Positions 31,941 to 43,441 of a stretch of DNA of 52,040 nt are shown piece by piece (the first letter of the stretch is position 1; the number at the start of each line of letters is the position of its first letter). The notes under the pieces were generated by a model. That model made no database searches. It worked only from the letters and a program-made list of their open reading frames with translations, and was not told the origin of the DNA. A program made the position numbers and the translations under genes. The stretch is from Kofleriaceae bacterium (GTDB taxonomy: Bacteria; Myxococcota_A; Polyangia; Haliangiales; Haliangiaceae), in assembly GCA_035719245.1 (NCBI GenBank), contig DASTGJ010000665.1, positions 1 through 52,040 on the forward strand, read 5' to 3'.

Positions 31941-33127
31941 GAGTACCTCGCAAGGATGCGCTTGGACACGGACATCTTATGTACCTCGTCGGGGCCGTCG
32001 TAGATCCGCGCGCCGCGCTCGTGGACGTAGTAGTGCGCGAGCACGGTGTCGCTCGTGATGCCGAGCGCGCCGTGGAGCTGGATCGCGCGGTCGACGACGC
32101 GCAGCATGATATCGGCGACGAAGAACTTGATGAGCGAGACGTTGTCGCGCGCGACCTGGAAGCCCTTCTTCTCGATCGTCCACGCGGTGTGGAGCACCAT
32201 GAGCCGCGCGGCCTCGATCTCGGCGCGCGCCTCGGCGACCCACGCCTGCGCGATCTGGCGGGTCGCGAGGGTCTTGTCGTCGGCGATCTTGCGCCGCGTG
32301 ATGTGGCGGCACATGGTTTCGAACGTGCGCTCGCAGATGCCGATCCACCGCATGCAGTGGTGGATGCGGCCGGGGCCGAGCCGCTCCTGCGCGATCATGA
32401 AGCCCGCGCCCTCGGGGCCGAGGCGGTTGGTGACCGGCACGCGGACGTCGCGGTAGTAGATCTCGGCGTGCGACGCGTAGCCCGAGCCGGCGTCGCCCAT
32501 GATCTTGATGTTGCGCTTGAGCTCGAAGCCGGGCGCGCCGGTCGGCACGATGATCATCGACGCCCGGCTGTGCGGCGACGCGTCGGGGTCGGTCACCGCC
32601 ATCACGATCGCGAACGCCGCGCCGTCGGCCGACGACGTGAACCACTTGTGGCCGTTGATCACGTAGTGATCGCCGGACTTGGTGGCGCTGCACGACAGCA
32701 TGGTGGGATTGGAGCCCGGGTTCTCCGGCTCGGTCATCGAGAAGCACGACCGGATCTCGCCGTGCGCGAGCGGCTCGAGCCACGCCGCCTTTTGCTCGGC
32801 CGAGCCGTACTTGTGGAGGATCTCGATGTTGCCGGCGTCGGGCGCCTGGCAGCCGAACACGAAGTGGCCGAGCGGCGAGCGGCCGAGCCGCTCGGAGACC
32901 AGGCCGTGCTCGACGAGGCCGAGGCCCAGGCCGCCGAGCTCGTGCGGCAATTGCGGGCCCCACATCTTGGCCGCCTTGCACTGCTTGCGCAGGTCGGCGA
33001 GCAGGGCGTCGCTCTCGGCGAAGCCGCGCTCGAGCACCTCGGCCTCGGCCGGGATCACGACGTCGGCGAGGAACTTGTCGATGCGGTCGAGGAGCGGCCG
33101 TACTGCTTCGGGAGGATCGAAGTCCAT
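31937..33127 (-). CDS. Acyl-CoA dehydrogenase, ACAD10/11 (FadE2)-like
   Basis: Start at MDFDPPEA (ATG 33127) inside a 606-aa ORF. ACAD three-domain layout, with the C-terminal [17 protein letters not shown]. Confidence 0.85.
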   Translation of the reverse strand: MDFDPPEAVRPLLDRIDKFLADVVIPAEAEVLERGFAESDALLADLRKQCKAAKMWGPQLPHELGGLGLGLVEHGLVSERLGRSPLGHFVFGCQAPDAGNIEILHKYGSAEQKAAWLEPLAHGEIRSCFSMTEPENPGSNPTMLSCSATKSGDHYVINGHKWFTSSADGAAFAIVMAVTDPDASPHSRASMIIVPTGAPGFELKRNIKIMGDAGSGYASHAEIYYRDVRVPVTNRLGPEGAGFMIAQERLGPGRIHHCMRWIGICERTFETMCRHITRRKIADDKTLATRQIAQAWVAEARAEIEAARLMVLHTAWTIEKKGFQVARDNVSLIKFFVADIMLRVVDRAIQLHGALGITSDTVLAHYYVHERGARIYDGPDEVHKMSVSKRILARYS

Positions 33128-33162
33128 GGCGTACCTGGCTTTCGGCGGGGTCGGAGACGGGC

Positions 33163-33861
33163 TCAGCGCTCGGTGTGCAGGGCCTCGGGGAGGTGCGCGG
33201 TGACGTTGAACGTGACGAGCGAGAGCTGATCGGGCTGCCAGTCGAAGTTGTGGCTGCGGAAGCGCAGCTCGGTGACCGACGCGTTGCGGATCACGATGCT
33301 CGACCGCACCATGCGCTCGGGCGGGGTGGCGAACACCAGGCCGACCGCGACGCCGATCGGGCCGGCGCTGGTCACGCACGCGAGCTTGGCGCCGGGGCCG
33401 GCCGCGCGCAGCACGCGATCGACGCCGGTGCGGATCCGGGTGACGAACGCGGTGACCCGCTCCACGCCATCGTCTTCCCACTCGTCGCGCGACCACTTGC
33501 CGAGGATGGCGTGGAACGCCTCGTCGAGCAGACGCGGCGTGGGCGCGTTCGTGAGCTGCGCGAACTTGGGATCCTCGGCGATCAAGCGCGGCGTGAGGTG
33601 ACGCAGCATCTCGAACGCCGGGTACTCGGCGAGCTCGTCGAGGGTCTGGATCGCGGGCAGGGTGCCGCCGGCGCCCTCGCTGGCGAACTGCGCGGTCTGC
33701 TGCTGGCGGCGCAGCGGGCCGGCGTACAGGCCATCGAGGCCGAGCGAGGCGGCCCACGCGCCGACGGCCCTCGCCTGCTCGATGCCGCGCGGCGACAGCC
33801 GATCGTAGTCGGCCTCGCCGTACGACGCTTGCCCGTGGCGGATCAAGTACAGCGTGCCCAC
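33163..33861 (-). CDS. Histidine phosphatase (phosphoglycerate-mutase-like) family protein
   Basis: N-terminal LYLIRHGQASYGE (RHG catalytic motif). 232 aa. Confidence 0.8.
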   Translation of the reverse strand: MGTLYLIRHGQASYGEADYDRLSPRGIEQARAVGAWAASLGLDGLYAGPLRRQQQTAQFASEGAGGTLPAIQTLDELAEYPAFEMLRHLTPRLIAEDPKFAQLTNAPTPRLLDEAFHAILGKWSRDEWEDDGVERVTAFVTRIRTGVDRVLRAAGPGAKLACVTSAGPIGVAVGLVFATPPERMVRSSIVIRNASVTELRFRSHNFDWQPDQLSLVTFNVTAHLPEALHTER

Positions 33862-33930
33862 GCCGCGGATGCTACCGCGGTCGGTCGGGCCTGTCGCTCG
33901 CCGCGGCCGTGGATGAGCGAATCATAGAAT

Positions 33931-34033
33931 GGGACGTTCCCGTCCCCTCTACCGCGGCGGAGCCGCGGTATTCACCCCACCGCGCCTCGCGTCGCGCGGC
34001 CTTCCACCCAATCACTATCGGTTGGTCGTAGCA
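33931..34033 (-). repeat. GC-rich multi-hairpin intergenic repeat, copy B
   Basis: Core at 33951-34000 differs from copy A at one position. It shares the GGGACGTTCCC and ATCGGTTGGTCG flanks and abuts the stop codon at 34034. Confidence 0.85.
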
Positions 34034-36013
34034 TTAGAAGTACATCCGGCAGCTCTTACAATAGAAGCGCAGGTGCTCCTCGACCCACGCCATCGGTGAC
34101 TCGCACTGCGGGCACGCCGGCGACGGCCCCGACTGCTGCTTGGTGTCCTTGGGCGGCGGCAGCGAATCGGGCGCGGTGGAGATCGGCAGCTTGGGCGCCG
34201 GCCGCACGACCGGCGTGGGGCCGGGGATCGCGATCGGCACCGGGAACGCGGTCGACGTGGCCGGCGGCGCGGCGGGCGCGGGCGGCGGCAGCGGCGCGGC
34301 GGGCGGGATCACGAACGGGCGCAGGGCGCTCGCCGGGATCAGCGGCTGCGTGGTGAGGGTCGGCCCGCCGCCGAGCGCGACCGGCTCGCCGCTGGGCGAG
34401 GTGTCCGAGATCCGGACACTCGCGTCGGTCGCGTCGCCGACCGCGTGCTCGTTCGCCGATAGGTCGGCCACGCTCGACACGTTGGTCTGCGAGCCGTGAT
34501 CGGTGACCTCGACCGGCACGCGCGGCGCCGGCGGTGCGACCGGCGGAATGACCGGGATCGCGGGGATCGCGGGGATCGCCGGCGGCGGCACGACCGGCGC
34601 GGCGATCGTCGCCTTGCCCTGGACGGGCCGCATCGCGAACGGCGGCGGCCGGGTCGGCATGGTCGGCCGGTTCGGCCGCACCGGCATCGGCACCGCGGCG
34701 CGCAGGCCCGGCTTGGGCGGCGGCAGCGCGGTCTCGCGCTTGGCGCGCGCCGCGGGCGCGATCATCGCCGGCGGCGCCGGCGGCGCCGCGGCCTGCGCGG
34801 TCGGCGGCGGGATCGGCTCGCTCGGCTCGGCCTCGATCAGCTCCGGCGCCTCGCGCGCGCTCGCGCCCGGCGCGCCCGGCGCCTCGATCAGCGCGACCTG
34901 GTCGGTGTGCGACGCGGCGTCGTCGATCGGCGTCGGCGGCGCGAACGGCGTCTCGATCGTGCGCGCCGGCTCGGGCGCGAGCATCGGCGGCGCGGCGATC
35001 ACGACCTCGTCGCGCACCGGCAGCGGCGGCGGCACGCTCGCGGGCTTGCTCCGCGCGGGCAGCGGTGGCGGCACGCTCGCGGGCTTGCTCCGCGCCTGCC
35101 CGATCGGCGGCGGCGGCACCGGCACGCTCGGCGGCAGGATCGGCGCCGGCGGCGGCGCCATCGGCAGCGGCGCCACCATCGACGGCTCGACATCGATGTC
35201 GACCTCGAACAGCGCGCGCGCGCCCGGCATCATCGCCGGCGCCGGCTGCGCCATCATCTGGGCCAGCGCGCTCGGCGCCGGCGCGGGCGGCGGCGTCGGC
35301 ATCAGCGGGCCGGTGTTCTGCATCGGCATCGCCTCGTACAGCGGCCGCAGCTGCTGCGACGTCGAGAACGCCGGGTGCTCGGTCTCGTAGCCCATCGCCT
35401 GCGGCGGCGGCGAGTAGCGCGCCGGCGGCTGCGCCGGCATCGGCTGCGGCGTCGGCGCCATCGGCTTGGACGCCGACGTGCGCAGCACGAGCGGCGGCGG
35501 CGGCAGCACCGCGAGGCCGCTCGCGACCAGGCCGCCGATCAGGCCGAGCGCGTGCAGGATCAGGCCGAGGCCGATCGGCACGTGCGCCTTGTCGCCGAAC
35601 GGGCTGAGCACGATCAGTCCCACCATGCCTGCGACGCCGATCACGCTGGCGATCCGGACCAGGCGCGCCGCGCCCTTGCGCGCCTCGCTGCGCTGGATCG
35701 TCATCACGCCGAGCATGACGAGCGCGAACGCGCCGAGCGCGGTCACGGCGAGCTCGCCGAAGCCCACGATCCGGAACCCGAGCTGGGTCTGATCCGCGCC
35801 CGACTTGCACGTGCCGTCGCCGCCGCTGTTGCACAGCCGCGCGTCGTACAGGCCCACGTACACGTCCTGCGCCTCGCGCGTGTGGCCGGTCACCGTCGGG
35901 TGGCCGGCGTACATCGAGAGCGCCGCCGGCAGCGCCACCGGGGTCGCGATCGACACCACGAGCAAAGCCGCCGCGATCAGCGCGAGGCCCGCGCCGGCGA
36001 CGCGAGAGGACAT
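34034..36013 (-). CDS. Multi-TM protein with a ~430-aa Pro/Ala-rich region and a C-terminal zinc ribbon
   Basis: Start at MSSRVAGAG (36013; 36052 is also possible). Four or five TM helices are followed by a PPxP-rich region. The protein ends CPQCESPMAWVEEHLRFYCKSCRMYF. GC3 is high throughout. Confidence 0.65.
   Translation of the reverse strand: MSSRVAGAGLALIAAALLVVSIATPVALPAALSMYAGHPTVTGHTREAQDVYVGLYDARLCNSGGDGTCKSGADQTQLGFRIVGFGELAVTALGAFALVMLGVMTIQRSEARKGAARLVRIASVIGVAGMVGLIVLSPFGDKAHVPIGLGLILHALGLIGGLVASGLAVLPPPPLVLRTSASKPMAPTPQPMPAQPPARYSPPPQAMGYETEHPAFSTSQQLRPLYEAMPMQNTGPLMPTPPPAPAPSALAQMMAQPAPAMMPGARALFEVDIDVEPSMVAPLPMAPPPAPILPPSVPVPPPPIGQARSKPASVPPPLPARSKPASVPPPLPVRDEVVIAAPPMLAPEPARTIETPFAPPTPIDDAASHTDQVALIEAPGAPGASAREAPELIEAEPSEPIPPPTAQAAAPPAPPAMIAPAARAKRETALPPPKPGLRAAVPMPVRPNRPTMPTRPPPFAMRPVQGKATIAAPVVPPPAIPAIPAIPVIPPVAPPAPRVPVEVTDHGSQTNVSSVADLSANEHAVGDATDASVRISDTSPSGEPVALGGGPTLTTQPLIPASALRPFVIPPAAPLPPPAPAAPPATSTAFPVPIAIPGPTPVVRPAPKLPISTAPDSLPPPKDTKQQSGPSPACPQCESPMAWVEEHLRFYCKSCRMYF
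35019..35096 (-). repeat. 39-bp tandem duplication inside the Pro-rich gene (ARSKPASVPPPLP x2)
   Basis: Two adjacent 39-bp units with one mismatch in the aligned 38-nt part, read directly. The duplication is in frame (13 aa). Confidence 0.85.
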
Positions 36014-36023
36014 GGACCGAAAA

Positions 36024-36560
36024 CTACCACACGGCGAGCGCGTCCAGGGCATCGGTCGCCGACGATGCGATCCGAAACAGCGCCCGCACCTCGGGCTTCA
36101 TCACCCCCGCGGCGACCGCGTGATCGAGAAACCCGGCCAGCGGTGGCCAGAAGCCGTCAACATCGAGAAACACGATCGGCTTGCGGTGGTAGCCGAGGTA
36201 GAGCCCGGTGAGCTGCTCGAACGCCTCTTCGAGCGTGCCCATGCCGCCCGGCGCGACGACGAACGCGTCGGCGCGCTCGAACATCAGCGCCTTGCGCTCG
36301 TGCATGGTCTCCACGACGTGGAGCTCGGTGAGCCCGGTGTGCGCGATCTCGCGATCGACGAGCGCGCGCGGGATCACGCCGACCACCGCGCCGCCCGCTT
36401 CGAGCATGGCGTCGGCGATCGTGCCCATCAGGCCGCGGTGGGCGCCGCCGTAGACCAGGGTGAGGCCGCGCGCCGCCATCGCCTGGGCGAGCGCGGTGAC
36501 CGCCGCGACATCCGCGGGGCGGCCGGGCGAGGACGACAGAAAGACGCAGACCGACTGCAC
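36024..36560 (-). CDS. LOG-family nucleotide 5'-monophosphate nucleosidase (TIGR00730-type, formerly called lysine decarboxylase-like)
   Basis: YGGAHRGLMG and APGGMGTLEEAFE (PGGxGTxxE) motifs. The GTG start at 36560 is provisional. Confidence 0.8.
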   Translation of the reverse strand: MQSVCVFLSSSPGRPADVAAVTALAQAMAARGLTLVYGGAHRGLMGTIADAMLEAGGAVVGVIPRALVDREIAHTGLTELHVVETMHERKALMFERADAFVVAPGGMGTLEEAFEQLTGLYLGYHRKPIVFLDVDGFWPPLAGFLDHAVAAGVMKPEVRALFRIASSATDALDALAVW

Positions 36561-36614
36561 GACGCGGACCGTACCCCATTTCGCCGCGCGCCCGCGCACG
36601 CTAGTTTCGGCCGC

Positions 36615-37055
36615 GTGACGCTGACCTGGCACGATCGCGCGTTCCTCGCGCTCACGGTGAGCGAGCTCTACGCGATCCTCGCGCTGCGCGATCAGGTGTT
36701 CGTGGTCGAGCAGAAGTGCATCTACCTCGAGGCCGACGGCTACGATCCGCCGTCGCGCCACCTGTGGGCGACCGGCGCGGACGGCGCGATCCACGCGTAC
36801 TTACGGATCTTGCCGCCGGGCGCGAAGTTCGCCGAGGCGTCGCTCGGCCGCGTGCTGGTCGCGCCGGTCGCGCGCGGCACCGGCCTGGGCAAGGAGCTCA
36901 TGCGACGCGGCCTCGCCGCGGTCGGGCCGGTCGCGGTGCGCATCGCCGCACAGGCGTACCTCGAGCGGTTCTACAACGAGCTCGGCTTTCACCGCGTGGC
37001 CGATCCCTACGACGAGGACGGCATCGCGCATGTCGACATGATCCGCCCGGCGTGA
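36615..37055 (+). CDS. GNAT acetyltransferase, ElaA-like
   Basis: GTG start at 36615. LYAILALRDQVFVVEQKCIYLEADGYD and RGTGLGKELM (acetyl-CoA loop) are typical of the ElaA subfamily. Confidence 0.75.
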   Translation: MTLTWHDRAFLALTVSELYAILALRDQVFVVEQKCIYLEADGYDPPSRHLWATGADGAIHAYLRILPPGAKFAEASLGRVLVAPVARGTGLGKELMRRGLAAVGPVAVRIAAQAYLERFYNELGFHRVADPYDEDGIAHVDMIRPA

Positions 37056-37092
37056 TTGCGTGGGGTCGGCCCGCATGCTTGGATGCCGATCT

Positions 37093-37722
37093 ATGCGCAT
37101 GATCCTCGTCGGACCTCCGGGAGCTGGCAAAGGCACCCAGGCCGCCAGATTGATCGACTCGTTCCGCATCCCTCACATCTCGAGCGGCGACATGCTGCGC
37201 GCCGCGGTCAAGGAGGGCACGGCGCTCGGCCAGGAGGCCGATCGGTTCATGAAGGCGGGCAAGCTGGTGCCCGACGAGGTCGTGATCGGCATGATCCTCG
37301 AGCGGATCGCCAAGCCCGACTGCGCCGGTGGGTTCATGCTCGACGGCTTCCCGCGCACCCGGCCGCAGGCCGAGGCGCTCGACGAGGCGATGCGCAAGGC
37401 CGGCGTCGAGCTCGACGCCGTGGTGCTCATCGAGGTGCCGGACTCGCTGCTCGAGGAGCGCGCGTGTGGCCGGCGCACCGATCCGGACACCGGCACGATC
37501 TACCACCTCAAGTACAACCCGCCGCCGGCCGAGGTCGCCGGCCGGCTCGTCCACCGCAAGGACGATACCGTCGAGGCGGTGACGATGCGGATCCAGAAGT
37601 ACCACTCCGAGACCGCGCCGATCATCCCGTTCTACATCGAGAAGAACATCCTGCGCCGGGTCGACGGCGTGGGCAATCCCGACGACATCACGCAGCGGAT
37701 CACCGCGGCGCTCAACGCGTAG
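37093..37722 (+). CDS. adk: Adenylate kinase
   Basis: MRMILVGPPGAGKGTQ P-loop, ISSGDMLR and GFMLDGFPRT motifs. 209 aa. Confidence 0.95.
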   Translation: MRMILVGPPGAGKGTQAARLIDSFRIPHISSGDMLRAAVKEGTALGQEADRFMKAGKLVPDEVVIGMILERIAKPDCAGGFMLDGFPRTRPQAEALDEAMRKAGVELDAVVLIEVPDSLLEERACGRRTDPDTGTIYHLKYNPPPAEVAGRLVHRKDDTVEAVTMRIQKYHSETAPIIPFYIEKNILRRVDGVGNPDDITQRITAALNA

Positions 37723-37731
37723 GGCCTCGCC

Positions 37732-40329
<2,598 letters not shown>

Positions 40330-40338
40330 GCCTACGCT

Positions 40339-40887
40339 GTGGGGATGGAGCCCGCCGCCTTCATCCCGGTCAACGTCGCCGTCCTCACCGTCTCGGATAC
40401 CCGCACGCTCGAGACCGACGGCTCGGGCAAGTACATCGCCGACCGGCTCACCGAGGTCGGCCACCACATCGTCGCGCGCACGATCGTCAAGGACGGCGAG
40501 CTCGCGATCCGGGCCCAGCTCGCGGCGTGGATCGCCGACCCCGGCGTCGACGTCGTGATCGCCACCGGCGGCACCGGCGTCACGCCGCGCGACGTCACGC
40601 CCGAGGCGCTCGCGCCGCTCGTCTCCAAGCACATCCCCGGCTTCGGCGAGCTGTTCCGCTACCTGTCGTACGCCGACATCGGCTCGTCGACGATCCAGAG
40701 CCGCGCCGACGCCGCGCTGTGCGGCCAGACCTACGTGTTCCTGCTCCCGGGCTCGACCGGCGGGGTCAAGCTCGGCGTCGAGAAGATCTTGATTCCGCAG
40801 CTCGATCACCGCCAGCGGCCGTGCAACTTCGTGATGCTGCTGCCGCGGATCAAGAACGAGCCGACCGGGCTCGGCAAGATCTCGTGA
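40339..40887 (+). CDS. moaB: Molybdenum cofactor biosynthesis protein B (MoaB/MogA fold)
   Basis: [10 protein letters not shown] ... [16 protein letters not shown] ... [10 protein letters not shown] motifs. The start is GTG 40339 or ATG 40345. Confidence 0.85.
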   Translation: MGMEPAAFIPVNVAVLTVSDTRTLETDGSGKYIADRLTEVGHHIVARTIVKDGELAIRAQLAAWIADPGVDVVIATGGTGVTPRDVTPEALAPLVSKHIPGFGELFRYLSYADIGSSTIQSRADAALCGQTYVFLLPGSTGGVKLGVEKILIPQLDHRQRPCNFVMLLPRIKNEPTGLGKIS

Positions 40888-40900
40888 TACCGTTTTGGCA

Positions 40901-41830
40901 ATGAGCTCGCTCGACCTCGTGCTGCAGCGTGCGCTCTCGGTGCGGCTGAACCTCCAGATCACGCTGTCGCAGCTGCCGATCGTCGAGGAGTGGATGGACA
41001 TCCACCTCGATCGCTGGCTCGAGCACCTGCCGCTGCCGACCGACATGAGCCACGGCGAGGCGGTGAGCTACCTCGCGATGCTCGGCAGCGACCTGCGCCG
41101 CATGTGGTGGGGCGCGTGGGGCGCGCCGTCGGGCTTCGTGCCCAAGATGGCCGACTACTTCAAGCTGTGCAACATCGCCAAGAGCGACGCCGCGCTGCTC
41201 GATCAGATCGGCGAGCACCTCGAGCCCAAGCTCGTCGGCTCGTGGATCGGCGTGTGGGGCGGCAAGGTCACCACCGGCTGGCACTTCTGGGATCCGCAGC
41301 CGTGGGGCAAGGTCGAGGCGATGTTCGGCACCCACGAGGCCAAGTACCAGCTCAAGAAGTTCGTCGAGGACTTCAAGATCGAGCGCATCGAGCGCTTCAC
41401 GCAATCGATCGGCGACGCGCCGTTCTCCGAGGTCGAGCTCGCGATGCCGGGCGCCACGGTCGACGAGCAGGTCGGCGCGCTCGACGCCGCGTTCCTCGGC
41501 TTCACCAGCCAGCCGCTCGAGCCCGCGTTCGTCGCCGGCCTGCGCTCGATCGGCGTGCCGCAGTTCGCGGTCTCGCTCCGCATCCGCGGCGGCAAGGTCG
41601 CGCGCATCGGCGCCCTGCTCCCCGGCGTGGCGATCGACGACGTGCAGCACATGTGCGCCGACGCCAAGGTGCCGGTCGAGGCCCGCCTGCCCAAGCTGGT
41701 GGGCGCGCTCGGCGAGGCGATCTCGCGCGTCGAGTACGTGCGCGCCGGCGACCGCGCCGGCATGGACGTCTACGTCGAGCCGACCGATACCAAGACGCCC
41801 GCGCCGGCGCCGGCGAGCAGCGCCAACTAG
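40901..41830 (+). CDS. Hypothetical protein (about 309 aa), no recognised domain
   Basis: High-GC3 ORF. ATG 40901 is preferred over TTG 40895. Its stop overlaps the start of the next gene (TAGTG). Confidence 0.6.
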   Translation: MSSLDLVLQRALSVRLNLQITLSQLPIVEEWMDIHLDRWLEHLPLPTDMSHGEAVSYLAMLGSDLRRMWWGAWGAPSGFVPKMADYFKLCNIAKSDAALLDQIGEHLEPKLVGSWIGVWGGKVTTGWHFWDPQPWGKVEAMFGTHEAKYQLKKFVEDFKIERIERFTQSIGDAPFSEVELAMPGATVDEQVGALDAAFLGFTSQPLEPAFVAGLRSIGVPQFAVSLRIRGGKVARIGALLPGVAIDDVQHMCADAKVPVEARLPKLVGALGEAISRVEYVRAGDRAGMDVYVEPTDTKTPAPAPASSAN

Positions 41831-42351
41831 TGGCGCGCGCCGACTTCCTGCTCGCCAGCGACGACGCGCTCGTCGCGCAGTGCGAGGTCGATCGCTACCG
41901 CGCGTCGGGGCCGGGCGGTCAGCACCGCAACAAGACCGAGAGCGCGGTCCGCTTGCGCCACAAGCTCTCGGGCGTGACCGCGATCGGCGAGGACAGCCGG
42001 TCGCAGGCCGAGAACAAGCTGCACGCCGTGCGCCGCCTGCGCGCCGCGATCGCGCTCGAGGTCCGCGAGCCGGTCGCGCTCGACGGCTTCACGCCGTCGC
42101 CCCGGCTCGCCGCGCTCGTCGCCGGCGGCACCGCGCCGCTCGGCGCCAAGACCCGGCTCACCGGCGAGTTCTGGGCCGCGATCGCCGAGCTGCTCGACCT
42201 CCTCGTCGCCGGCGAGCTCGAGATCGCCGCCACCGCGCAGCGGCTCGGCATGACGACCGGCGCGCTGTCCAAGCTCTTGCTCCACGACGAGCACGTCGGC
42301 CGCGCCGTCAACGATCTGCGCCGCGCGCGCCAGCTCCGCCCGCTGCGCTGA
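41830..42351 (+). CDS. GGQ-domain (class I release factor / ArfB-like peptidyl-tRNA hydrolase) protein with an atypical C-terminal extension
   Basis: GTG start at 41830. YRASGPGGQHRNKTESAVRLRH places the GGQ at residues 29-31. The ~100-aa Ala/Leu-rich C-terminus ends RRARQLRPLR. Confidence 0.7.
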   Translation: MARADFLLASDDALVAQCEVDRYRASGPGGQHRNKTESAVRLRHKLSGVTAIGEDSRSQAENKLHAVRRLRAAIALEVREPVALDGFTPSPRLAALVAGGTAPLGAKTRLTGEFWAAIAELLDLLVAGELEIAATAQRLGMTTGALSKLLLHDEHVGRAVNDLRRARQLRPLR

Positions 42352-42428
42352 GGTCGGTCCCCTCTGCCGCGGCGGAGCCGGGCATGCACCCCACCGCGCG
42401 TCGCGTCGCGCGGCTTCCGCCGAGATCC
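42352..42428 (-). repeat. GC-rich multi-hairpin intergenic repeat, copy C (diverged, truncated)
   Basis: The core at 42366-42414 aligns to copies A and B with a 1-nt deletion and a few substitutions. It fills the gap between convergent stop codons 42351 and 42429. Confidence 0.75.
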
Positions 42429-42767
42429 CTACAGCTCGATCGGCTGGCCGTGCGGCGTGGCGCGCGCCGCCTCGGCCCACGCGTCCTTGCGCGCCGCGAG
42501 CTCGTCGCGGCTGACGAGGCCCTTGGCGGCGACCAGGTGCTCGAGCGCCGCCAGCCAGTGCTCGTAGTAGGTGTCGCCGAGGTCCGGATCGCCGGCGGCC
42601 TGCGCCGCCTGGATCTGCGCCGCGAGCGCCGCGGCCCACTCCGGCCACGTGAAGTGCCCGGCCTCGTGCAGGCGCACCGCCATCGCGAACGCCTGCGCCT
42701 GCCACGGCGCGCGGAACACCGGCTCGCCGCGCGCGTCGCGCGGCAGGCCCTCGATCTCGGTGGTCAT
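42429..42767 (-). CDS. Nitrile hydratase accessory (activator) protein
   Basis: 112 aa starting [38 protein letters not shown] resembles the beta-subunit N-terminal region, as in Co-type NHase activators. ATGA-type overlap with the beta gene. Confidence 0.8.
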   Translation of the reverse strand: MTTEIEGLPRDARGEPVFRAPWQAQAFAMAVRLHEAGHFTWPEWAAALAAQIQAAQAAGDPDLGDTYYEHWLAALEHLVAAKGLVSRDELAARKDAWAEAARATPHGQPIEL

Positions 42768-43441
42768 GGCGCGGCCTCCAGGTAATCGTCCCACAGATCG
42801 ACGCACACCGTGTCGCGCGGCGACGCGTCCGGCCCCCACAGCTCGCGCGCGGTGAACCGCACCGTGTACACGTGCTGCGGCTGCTTGCCCGCGCCGGCGG
42901 CGTGGCTGTCGGGGAAGATGAACACGCCGTGATCGATCGCGACCACGCCGCGCCGGCCGCGCACGTAGCGCGGGATCCGGGTGTGGCCGGTCGGGTGGAC
43001 GTTGCGCGCGATCACCGGCTGATCGACGGCGAACTTCGCCGCCACCGCATCGTCGAGCCGCGCGGCGCGCCGGTTCTGCAACAGGCGGGGCACGCCGTCG
43101 GCGCGCAGCGCGCCGTCCTGCACCGGGGCGCCGATCGCGGGCGGCGGCTCGCCGCGCTGCACGCGCGCGATCTCGTCGGCCGAGGTGAAGCCGTGCTCGA
43201 CGAGCAGGCGCTCGAGGCCGAACAGCCAGTGCTCGTAGTACGTGGTCGCGAGGTAGGCGGCGGGCGGCATCTGCTCGCGCGCCGAGCGGCTCATGTCGAG
43301 GTTCCAGCGCCGCCACGCGCCCATCGCGAGCGTGAGGGCGAACGCGCGGCGTTCCCACGCGGCGTGGAACGCCGGCTCGTCGGGCTCGGGCTCGACCCTG
43401 CCGAAGCCGTGCATGCCGCCGAGGTCGTGCGCGCCGTTCAT
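42764..43441 (-). CDS. nthB: Nitrile hydratase beta subunit
   Basis: Classic N-terminus [14 protein letters not shown]. 225 aa. Overlaps the alpha gene stop by 4 nt. Confidence 0.9.
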   Translation of the reverse strand: MNGAHDLGGMHGFGRVEPEPDEPAFHAAWERRAFALTLAMGAWRRWNLDMSRSAREQMPPAAYLATTYYEHWLFGLERLLVEHGFTSADEIARVQRGEPPPAIGAPVQDGALRADGVPRLLQNRRAARLDDAVAAKFAVDQPVIARNVHPTGHTRIPRYVRGRRGVVAIDHGVFIFPDSHAAGAGKQPQHVYTVRFTARELWGPDASPRDTVCVDLWDDYLEAAP

